NCBI GenBank assembly: GCA_965649265.1
Contig: CBFGKC010000009.1
Span: forward strand, 54,869-118,868
Direction of reading: 5' to 3'
Length of the DNA: 64,000 bases
Origin: a candidate division WOR-3 bacterium
GTDB lineage: Bacteria > Hydrothermota > Tepidihabitantia > B3-TA06
Shown: positions 56,379-64,000 of the stretch, in pieces
How positions within the stretch are numbered: position 1 is the first letter of the stretch
Layout: every line of letters starts with the position of its first letter
Made by a program: the position numbers and the translations under genes
The notes under the pieces: generated by a model
What the model saw: the letters and a program-made list of their open reading frames with translations, nothing else
Told to the model about the DNA's origin: nothing
Database searches by the model: none

Positions 56379-57148
56379 CTTTCTCTCTCACGTTCTTCAG
56401 ATTCATCATCAAGATCTGCTTCAAAAGCTTTCTTTGAGCGCATTACTGCGTCGCAAACCACCGTGGTGACAAGTTTTATTGAACGCATAGCCTCGTCGTT
56501 GCCAGGAATCGGATAATCGACGTATTCGGGATCACCGTTGGTATCAATGAGAGCTATGACCGGGATCTTCAATCTGCGAGCCTCGGCTACGGCTGTCGTC
56601 TCCTTGACCGGGTCGATGACGAACATCATGGCCGGCAGGGAATCCATGTTCTTGACACCCTTGTACAGCTTGCTCATCTTGCGATGAAGACGGAACAGGC
56701 GTACTTGTTCTTTTGCAGGAAGCTGCTTGAACTGCTCTCCTGATATAAGATTGTCGAGCTCTGCGTAGCGCTGGATACGACGTGTAATGTTGGAGAAATT
56801 CGTAAGAAGTCCTCCTACCCAGCGATCTACGACAAAGTGGCTTCCTGAGCGCTCTGCCTCTTCCGCGATTATATCGCGAGCCTGCTGCTTGGTTCCGACG
56901 AATATTGCGTCACCGCCGGTTTCGAGTATCGAAGCCACCGCATCTGCGGCGAGTTTCAACAGCTCCACAGTCTGGCGAATATCAATTATATGTATGCCGT
57001 TGCGCTTACCATAAATAAACCTGTCAAACTTGGGATTCCAGCGCTCGGCACGGTGTCCAAAGTGAACACCGGCTTCAAGCAAGCCTTTGACATCAAGTGA
57101 CACAGGCGATGCACCTGCGGTTGTAGTCTGTTCAATATCAGTATTCAT
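56375..57148 (-). CDS. rpsB: 30S ribosomal protein S2
   Basis: LLEAGVHFGH, RWVGGLLTNF, PIPGND. Confidence 0.97.
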   Translation of the reverse strand: MNTDIEQTTTAGASPVSLDVKGLLEAGVHFGHRAERWNPKFDRFIYGKRNGIHIIDIRQTVELLKLAADAVASILETGGDAIFVGTKQQARDIIAEEAERSGSHFVVDRWVGGLLTNFSNITRRIQRYAELDNLISGEQFKQLPAKEQVRLFRLHRKMSKLYKGVKNMDSLPAMMFVIDPVKETTAVAEARRLKIPVIALIDTNGDPEYVDYPIPGNDEAMRSIKLVTTVVCDAVMRSKKAFEADLDDESEERERER

Positions 57149-57537
57149 CTCTTAGTCCATTGGAAGCTCTTACGGCGCTTGGCCAGTCCGTACTTCATGC
57201 GTTCTTTCTCGCGGGAATCACGAGTCAGAAGGCCCGCGTCTTTAAGCCGCTTGTGATAATCAGGTTCGAATTTTGAAAGGGCTCTGGCTATACCGAAACT
57301 GATGGCGCTTGCCTGAGCCGAAACTCCTCCGCCGCTGACCTGAATTCTCAAATCAAGCTTGGCAAGATTATCCGTAATCTCAAGCGGGCGAAGGGCCAGG
57401 TCTATGAGGTCGCTGCGCTGCAGGTAATCGTTGAGCTTCTTGCCGTTTATGACGAAGTCACCTGCTCCAGCCAGAAGCCAGACTTTTGCGACCGCCCTTT
57501 TGCGGGTTCCTACGGCGTGTAATGTTGTAGTGGCCAC
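57145..57537 (-). CDS. rpsI: 30S ribosomal protein S9
   Basis: GTRKRAVA, GGGVSAQ, LTRDSREKERMKYG, QWTKR. Confidence 0.96.
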   Translation of the reverse strand: MATTTLHAVGTRKRAVAKVWLLAGAGDFVINGKKLNDYLQRSDLIDLALRPLEITDNLAKLDLRIQVSGGGVSAQASAISFGIARALSKFEPDYHKRLKDAGLLTRDSREKERMKYGLAKRRKSFQWTKR

Positions 57538-57971
57538 TAATGACCTCCTATCTCCAGCGCCTGAGGCTTCTGAGCCTCATGCGGATGCAAGGCCGATTTA
57601 TAAAGCTTAAGTCTCTTCAGTCGCTTATCGCGTAACTTGTTCTTGGGCAGCATATTCTTTACCGCAAGATAAAGTACGCGATCAGGAAAAAGCTCAAGCA
57701 TTTTCTTGAATGGGACTTCCTTTATACCGCCGGGATATGGAGTATGGTGGTAATAGACCTTGTCATCTGCCTTCTTACCTGACAGGCGAACCTTGTCGGC
57801 GTTGACTATGATGACAAAGTCGCCGTCATCCACATGCGGTGTATAGGTCGGCTTGCTCTTGCCCATCAAGATTGTGGCAACACGAGTCGCAACGCGACCG
57901 ACGATCTGATCACGAGCGTCAATGAGCCACCATTTGCGGGTTTCTTCTTTCATCGTCTCTCCGATTTTCAC
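57537..57971 (-). CDS. rplM: 50S ribosomal protein L13 (alternative start ATG 57953)
   Basis: [29 protein letters not shown]. Confidence 0.96.
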   Translation of the reverse strand: MKIGETMKEETRKWWLIDARDQIVGRVATRVATILMGKSKPTYTPHVDDGDFVIIVNADKVRLSGKKADDKVYYHHTPYPGGIKEVPFKKMLELFPDRVLYLAVKNMLPKNKLRDKRLKRLKLYKSALHPHEAQKPQALEIGGH

Positions 57972-58438
57972 CAGCGGAAATGTGCAAACGCGCGATTGGC
58001 TTCCGCCATCTTGTGGGTCTCTTCTTTTTTCTTGTACGCGGCGCCCTGGTTCTGAGAGGCATCAAGAAGCTCGTTTGCGAGCCTGTCAGCCATTCTGTAC
58101 TCGGAACGGGCTCTCGCCGCCCTGACAATCCACTTTATGGCCAGGGATAATCTGCGTTTAGGCCTCACCTCGACCGGAACCTGATAGGTCGAACCGCCCA
58201 CTCGGCGGGGACGAACCTCAAGCACCGGCTTGACGTTGTTGAAAGCCCTCTCGAACAAAGCAAAGCCGTCTTCCTTGGTCTTGCGTTCGATGATATCCAT
58301 GGCATCGTAGAAAATCCTCAAGGCTGTGGTTTTTTTGCCGTCCCACATCAAGTCGTTGACGAACTTCGTCACGACCTCTGTGTTATAACGGGGATCGGCT
58401 TGTATCTCGCGAGGAGATGCGCGATGTCTTCTGCCCAT
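57968..58438 (-). CDS. rpsG: 30S ribosomal protein S7
   Basis: [29 protein letters not shown]. Confidence 0.98.
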   Translation of the reverse strand: MGRRHRASPREIQADPRYNTEVVTKFVNDLMWDGKKTTALRIFYDAMDIIERKTKEDGFALFERAFNNVKPVLEVRPRRVGGSTYQVPVEVRPKRRLSLAIKWIVRAARARSEYRMADRLANELLDASQNQGAAYKKKEETHKMAEANRAFAHFRW

Positions 58439-58447
58439 CCCGTCTCC

Positions 58448-58825
58448 TTACGCTTTCTTGGGACGTTTTACGCCGTAAAGCGAGCGTCCCTGTTTGCGTC
58501 CGTCCACGCCTGCCGTATCGAGCACGCCGCGCACCACACGATATCTTACACCGGGGAGGTCCCTTACACGACCACCCTGGATAAGAACTACCGAGTGTTC
58601 CTGGAGATTATGACCTTCTCCGGGAATGTAGGCAATTACCTCATATCCGTTCACAAGGCGAACCTTGCAAATCTTCCTGAGAGCCGAATTGGGCTTCTTG
58701 GGCGTGGTCGTGTACACACGGGTACAAACACCACGCTTTTGAGGATTACCGTCAAGCGCTGCGGTAGAAGAACGGCGTTTAGGCATAACGCGGCCGCGAC
58801 GAACTAGTTGATTAACTGTTGGCAT
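58448..58825 (-). CDS. rpsL: 30S ribosomal protein S12
   Basis: [37 protein letters not shown]. Confidence 0.98.
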   Translation of the reverse strand: MPTVNQLVRRGRVMPKRRSSTAALDGNPQKRGVCTRVYTTTPKKPNSALRKICKVRLVNGYEVIAYIPGEGHNLQEHSVVLIQGGRVRDLPGVRYRVVRGVLDTAGVDGRKQGRSLYGVKRPKKA

Positions 58826-58827
58826 CT

Positions 58828-61800
58828 CTATCCGGCCTCCGTTTGTTGCGTATCTTCTTCAATTATTCCTTCTGCGTCAATTTTGGCAAAACCCTGGAAT
58901 CCTGTTCCGGCAGGAATCAGTTTGCCTACAATCACGTTTTCTTTCAGCCCGGTAAGATGATCTATCTTACCCTCAACGGCCGCCATGGAGAGGACTCTTG
59001 TCGTCTCCTGGAACGAAGCGGCTGCAAAAAAGCTGTCAGTAGTCAAAGAAGCTTTAGTTATTCCAAGAAGAATGGGATGGAAGGTTGCGGGAACAAGTCC
59101 TTCCCCGCGCAGCTTCTCGTTCATCTCCTGGATTCGTTGTTTGTCGAGAATCTCTCCCTCGACAAAAGGGGATTCTCCAGGGTCGTCTATCTTGACCTTT
59201 CTCAACATCTGCCGCACAATTAGCGCGATGTGCTTGTCATTGATCTTGACGCCCTGCATGCGGTACACTTCCTGAATCTCGTTAGTGAGATACTCCATGA
59301 CCGCCATACGGCCCTTCACGCGCAGGATGTCGTGCGGGTCGATGTTTCCTTCGCAAAGCTTGTCTCCTGCCTGAACATAACCTCCGTCTTCTACCAGAAG
59401 GTAGTTGGCGTATGGAATTTTGTACTCTTTGACGGTTCCAGACTCCGACGTAATGACCAGGCGCCGCCATCCTTCCTGCGGCGGGTCTATCGTCACTGTT
59501 CCGTCGATGTCGGCGATTGTAGCAGGTGTTTTGGGATGCTTTGCCTCGAAAAGCTCCGACACCCTCGGCAGACCGCCCGTGATGTCGGTAGTCTTTCCAA
59601 TCTCTCTCTGAAACTTCGCAAGGGTATCGCCGGCGTTGACAGAGATTCCGGCCTCTACGAGCAAGTAGGCACCGACAGGCAGCTCGTGCCTTTCGAGGTT
59701 CTTGCCCTTTTCGTCAAGAATGACGATGTGAGGGTGACGACGTTTTTCACGGTCCTCGACGATGATCATCTGCTTGCGCTCCGTAGAACCAATGACGTCT
59801 TCTCTAAGAGTAACACCCGGAACGACATCAACAAAGCCTACCTTGCCGGCATGACGAGAAATGATGGAGATAACGTACGGTTCCCACTCGAAGAGGATGG
59901 TCCCTTCGACTACTTTTTCGCCGTCACGCAGTTTTATCGAAGCACCCTTGGGCACGGCAAAGGACATCTTTCTCTGGTTTCCTACGAGCTCTATCACGCC
60001 GCCCTCACTAAGGGTTATCAGGCTTCCATCCTGACGTTCAACGGTTTCGAGTTTACCGAAGCGGACTGTGCCGTCAAATTTCGCCTCCATGCTCGTTTCT
60101 TCCGCCGCACGCTGAGCGACGCCTCCGTAGTGGAAGGTTCGCAGTGTAAGCTGGGTACCGGGTTCTCCAATGGACTGAGCGCCGATGATTCCAACGGCTT
60201 CACCTATCTCGACCATACGTCCGGTCGCAGGGTTTGTTCCATAACACTTGGCACAAACGCCTGTCGCGGCCTCGCATGTAAGCACCGATCTTGCACGGAC
60301 CTTCTCAATGCCCATCTGTTCTATCTCAAGTGCCTTCTCATCGGTTATCTCTTCACCGGCATAAACAATCGGCTCGCCGGTAATTTGATTCTGAATGGTC
60401 TGAAGGGCAATGCGACCGACGAGACGCTCGGATATCGGTTCCATAACCTTGCCACCCTCGCGAAGAGCCGTTACTTCTTCGCCAAGGATTGTCCCGCAAT
60501 CGTCCTCCGCGACGATGACATCCTGTGCCACGTCGACGAGACGCCTTGTGAGATAGCCTGCTTCAGCGGTCTTGAGAGCGGTATCGGTCAGACCTTTCCT
60601 TGCCCCATGAGTCGAATAGAAGTATTCAACCACGGTGAGACCGTTCTTGAAGGAACTGATGATGGGTCGTTCGATTACCTCCTCGCCTGTCAGACGACGC
60701 GAGGGACGTGACATGAGACCTCTCATGGCGGCAAGCTGTTTGGCCTGGTCTTTTGAACCGCGAGCTCCCGAATCTATCAGCATGGCCAGGGGATTGAAGC
60801 CACCCTTGTCATCCATAAGGTCGCGCATCATGTACTCGCCGAGATCGGTAGAAGTGTTAACCCATGTATTAACCACATTATTATACTTCTCGCGCTCGGT
60901 AATTACACCCTTTTCGTAGGCCTCGTAGAAACGCTTCACTTCCTTTGTCGCCTGGGCGATGATGCGCTGCTTTTCCTTGGGCTCAACTATGTCGTCAATT
61001 CCTATTGAGGTACCCGAGCGTGTGGCGTAATTAAATCCAAGCATCTTGAGCGAATCCAGAAGCTCGGCCGTTCTGTGAAATCCGAATCTCTTGAAACAGC
61101 GATCAACCAGCCCTACAGTTTCCTTCTTGTTAAGCGTCTTGTTTACGAAGCGAAGCTCTTCCGGCAAAACCTCGTTAAGGAATACCCTGCCTACCGTTGT
61201 GGAGATCTTCTTACCCTTCCAGAGCCAGTCAACCTCGTCAAAAAGAGTAATCGAATTCGTATCGTAGGCAACGTGAAGCTCCTCAAAACTGTCATATGAA
61301 TGCTTTTGTTCCTGCTTCTTGGCGGGATCGGACTTCGTCAAGTAGTAAACGCCGAGAACCATATCCTGAGAGGGAACCATCAAGGGTTTTCCGTGTGCCG
61401 GCGAAAGAATGTTGTTGGAAGAAAGAAGCAGGACAGAGCTCTCGAGAATGGCTTCGGGCGTGAATGGCACGTGCACGGACATGGTGTCGCCGTCGAAGTC
61501 CGCGTTGAACGGCGGGCACACGAGGGGATGAATTCCTATGGCTCTGTTCTCCCACAAACGAGGGAAGAAGGCTTCGACGGAAGCGCGATGCAGTGTAGGC
61601 GCACGGTTGAGCAATACGGGATGCAGCTTGACTATCTCTTCCAGCACTTCCCACATCTCAGGTGTTTCCATGCGGAAGAGTTCCTTCGCGCTGCGGTCCG
61701 ACTGTGAGCCCTTGCGCTCCTCTAGGCGCTGAAGTATAACGGGTCTGAAGAGTTCCTTCGCCATCTCCTTGGGAAGCGAACACTCGTGAAGTTTCAGGTG

Positions 61801-62853
61801 AGGGTCCACCACAATGACGGACCTGCCCGAGTAGTCTACGCGCTTGCCGAGAAGGTTGCGGCGGAAACGTCCCTGCTTTCCTCTCAGGGTTTCAGAGAGC
61901 GACTTCAGTGGTCTGTTGCCGCGGCCGCGAACGGGCCTTGCAAGATGCTCGTTGTCGAAAAGCGCGTTGACGGCTTCCTGAAGCATCCGTTTCTCGTTCT
62001 TGAGAATGATGTCAGGGGTCTTGATGGACATGAGGTGCTTCAGACGGTTGTTGCGAACGATCACCCTCTTGTAAAGCTCATTAATATCCGAAGTGGCGTA
62101 CCTGCCGCCTTCGAGGGGGACCAGGGGGCGCAGATCGGGCGGTATGACCGGGATGACCTCGAGAATCATCCATTCCACCTGATTCTCCGACTGCCTGAAC
62201 GCCTCGACAATTTTCAACCTGTCGAGAAGGGCACGACGTTTGGAGACCTCGTGCTTTATACGTGATTTGAGCTCGGCGGAAAGATCGTCAAGGTCAATCT
62301 CCCTGAGGAGTTCGAGAAGCGACTCGGCTCCCATTCCGGCCTTGAAACCCGTGTACTTGGCCGCGGCTTCATGATACTCGTCCTCGTCATATATAAGAGT
62401 AAGCTTCTTGAAAGGTGAATTACCAACCTCAAGAACGACATATGCCTCGTAATTGTTTACGCTTTCTATTTGTCCTGCAGAAAGATCGAGAAGCTTTCCG
62501 ATTTTGGAAGGGGGTACTTTATAGAATAATGGATGCACCACGGGGATCGCGAGTTCAATGTGACCCATGCGCTCCCTGCGAACGGCGGAGGAAGTAACCT
62601 CGACACCGCAGCGGTCGCAGACGATACCCTTGTAACGAACCTTTTTGTACTTGCCGCAGCTGCATTCGTAATCCTTCACCGGACCGAAAATGCGCTCGCA
62701 GAAAAGGCCGTCGCGCTCAGGTTTCTGAGTTCGGTAGTTAATCGTCTCAGCCTTGGTAACCTCGCCCTTGGACCAGCTCCTTATATCCTCCGGGGAGGCT
62801 ATCTGAATCTTGAGTGCATCAAAATCCCAACCTTCTACTCGATCAGGATTCAT
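58828..62853 (-). CDS. rpoC: DNA-directed RNA polymerase subunit beta'
   Basis: ETINYRT, zinc finger, [38 protein letters not shown]. Confidence 0.99.
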   Translation of the reverse strand: MNPDRVEGWDFDALKIQIASPEDIRSWSKGEVTKAETINYRTQKPERDGLFCERIFGPVKDYECSCGKYKKVRYKGIVCDRCGVEVTSSAVRRERMGHIELAIPVVHPLFYKVPPSKIGKLLDLSAGQIESVNNYEAYVVLEVGNSPFKKLTLIYDEDEYHEAAAKYTGFKAGMGAESLLELLREIDLDDLSAELKSRIKHEVSKRRALLDRLKIVEAFRQSENQVEWMILEVIPVIPPDLRPLVPLEGGRYATSDINELYKRVIVRNNRLKHLMSIKTPDIILKNEKRMLQEAVNALFDNEHLARPVRGRGNRPLKSLSETLRGKQGRFRRNLLGKRVDYSGRSVIVVDPHLKLHECSLPKEMAKELFRPVILQRLEERKGSQSDRSAKELFRMETPEMWEVLEEIVKLHPVLLNRAPTLHRASVEAFFPRLWENRAIGIHPLVCPPFNADFDGDTMSVHVPFTPEAILESSVLLLSSNNILSPAHGKPLMVPSQDMVLGVYYLTKSDPAKKQEQKHSYDSFEELHVAYDTNSITLFDEVDWLWKGKKISTTVGRVFLNEVLPEELRFVNKTLNKKETVGLVDRCFKRFGFHRTAELLDSLKMLGFNYATRSGTSIGIDDIVEPKEKQRIIAQATKEVKRFYEAYEKGVITEREKYNNVVNTWVNTSTDLGEYMMRDLMDDKGGFNPLAMLIDSGARGSKDQAKQLAAMRGLMSRPSRRLTGEEVIERPIISSFKNGLTVVEYFYSTHGARKGLTDTALKTAEAGYLTRRLVDVAQDVIVAEDDCGTILGEEVTALREGGKVMEPISERLVGRIALQTIQNQITGEPIVYAGEEITDEKALEIEQMGIEKVRARSVLTCEAATGVCAKCYGTNPATGRMVEIGEAVGIIGAQSIGEPGTQLTLRTFHYGGVAQRAAEETSMEAKFDGTVRFGKLETVERQDGSLITLSEGGVIELVGNQRKMSFAVPKGASIKLRDGEKVVEGTILFEWEPYVISIISRHAGKVGFVDVVPGVTLREDVIGSTERKQMIIVEDREKRRHPHIVILDEKGKNLERHELPVGAYLLVEAGISVNAGDTLAKFQREIGKTTDITGGLPRVSELFEAKHPKTPATIADIDGTVTIDPPQEGWRRLVITSESGTVKEYKIPYANYLLVEDGGYVQAGDKLCEGNIDPHDILRVKGRMAVMEYLTNEIQEVYRMQGVKINDKHIALIVRQMLRKVKIDDPGESPFVEGEILDKQRIQEMNEKLRGEGLVPATFHPILLGITKASLTTDSFFAAASFQETTRVLSMAAVEGKIDHLTGLKENVIVGKLIPAGTGFQGFAKIDAEGIIEEDTQQTEAG

Positions 62854-64000
62854 TCTTCTTCTCCTTTATAGGCAAAAGGTTAAGACCCAATCCGCGCATC
62901 TCCTTGACGAGCACGTTGAAACTCGCAGGCATCTGCGGCGGCATGGGGTTGCGACCTTTTATGAGTGCCTCGTAGAGGGCGTTTCGGCCTTCTACGTCAT
63001 CGGACTTAATAGTCAACATCTCCTGGAGTGTGTGAGCGGCACCGTAGGCCTCGAGCGCCCAGACTTCCATTTCTCCGAATCTCTGGCCGCCGAACTGCGC
63101 CTTGCCGCCCAAGGGCTGCTGCGTAATGAGGGAGTAAGTGCCGGTGGAACGAGCATGAATCTTGTCGTCGACCATGTGAACAAGTTTCATGATATGCATA
63201 CGGCCGACGGTGACCTCACCGTCGAACTCGTCACCGGTTCTTCCGTCACGAAGCTTGCTTTTCCCGGTAACGGGCAATCCGGCCTTGCGAAGTTCATCCT
63301 TGATTTCTTCGATGGTCGCTCCCTCGAATATGGGGCAAATGGCCCTGTAACCCAGCTTATGGGCAGCATATCCGAGAATGGTTTCAAGTATCTGGCCTAT
63401 GTTCATACGCGAAGGCACGCCGAGAGTGTTAAGAACGATGTCCACGGGTGTTCCGTCGGCAAGATAAGGCATATCCTCGACGGGAAGAATCTTGGAGACG
63501 ACGCCCTTGTTTCCGTGGCGACCCGATATCTTGTCGCCGACGTTCAGGTTACGCTTCTGTGCGATGAAAATCTTTATGGATTTCAGAACGCCGTGGGGAA
63601 GATCGTCGCCTCTGGCCGCATTTTCGAGCTGACCTCTCAGCTCTTCCTCGAGATTCCTTAACGCCTCGGTGTTCTTTTCCAGTATCTTCGCGAGTTCGGC
63701 CGTCTTGGTTTTTGAAACGAGTTCTATCTTGGTCAAACGCAGCTTATCGAATATAACGTCCTCAAGGGCGTCTTCCGTGAGAACCTGACCCTTTGGGAAT
63801 ATCTCTTTTCCACGCTTATCAACAAGCGGTGCGGCAAGCTTCTCCGATTCAAGAAGCGTCCGGAGTTCCGCGTCGCGCTGCGCGATAAGAAGACTGCGGC
63901 GATCCTCGAAACGACTTTCTACGCTGTGCCTGCGGTCCTCTATCACTCTTCTGGCAAGTGAGTCCTGCGTGTTGCGGGTGAGTATTCTGCGTCCGATTAT
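62843..64000 (-). CDS. rpoB: DNA-directed RNA polymerase subunit beta, 3' part (start outside window)
   Basis: [50 protein letters not shown]; frame open to the window end. Confidence 0.98.
   Translation of the reverse strand: MIGRRILTRNTQDSLARRVIEDRRHSVESRFEDRRSLLIAQRDAELRTLLESEKLAAPLVDKRGKEIFPKGQVLTEDALEDVIFDKLRLTKIELVSKTKTAELAKILEKNTEALRNLEEELRGQLENAARGDDLPHGVLKSIKIFIAQKRNLNVGDKISGRHGNKGVVSKILPVEDMPYLADGTPVDIVLNTLGVPSRMNIGQILETILGYAAHKLGYRAICPIFEGATIEEIKDELRKAGLPVTGKSKLRDGRTGDEFDGEVTVGRMHIMKLVHMVDDKIHARSTGTYSLITQQPLGGKAQFGGQRFGEMEVWALEAYGAAHTLQEMLTIKSDDVEGRNALYEALIKGRNPMPPQMPASFNVLVKEMRGLGLNLLPIKEKKNES

Noticed and set aside
59230-63661. Long plus-strand ORFs (493 aa, 283 aa) opposite rpoC/rpoB
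   Set aside because: Antisense shadows caused by codon bias of conserved genes; no recognisable motifs.
63969-63980. Motif A-like GTGTTGCGGGTG in rpoB
   Set aside because: Single copy within normal RpoB coding sequence (LTRNT); no sign of insertion.

Overview
Chromosomal window (about 50% GC, genetic code 11) from an anaerobic bacterium, probably FCB-related and WOR-3/TA06-like. This is inferred from four secreted proteins with T9SS/FlgD-type C-terminal domains, Rnf genes and the rplM-rpsI-rpsB-tsf-pyrH-frr order. Left to right: a partial acyl-CoA dehydratase activase, tRNA-Arg(CCT), an apbE-amrS-NusG-II-Gx operon, tandem TetR genes, a class III aminotransferase, tandem FG-GAP proteins, rnfEAB, panC-DUF58-vWA-recO, plsC, two gltS, four tandem extended SDRs, mtaD, a transglutaminase-like pair, and a compact rpoB-rpoC-rpsL-rpsG-rplM-rpsI-rpsB-tsf-pyrH-frr-uppS-cdsA-PLD run lacking fusA/tuf. 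No transposase, integrase, cas gene or CRISPR array was seen. The most unusual signal is non-coding. A dispersed mosaic repeat family (motif A CCCGTAACAC, motif B GAGCCCTCCTCA, plus hairpin modules) occurs at nine or more sites, abuts promoters and sits in frame inside proteins. Also notable: a duplicated 11-mer array plus DnaA-box module 30 kb apart, a candidate sRNA hairpin behind a perfect promoter, and many apparently leaderless genes. All calls are by eye from motifs; no database searches were run.
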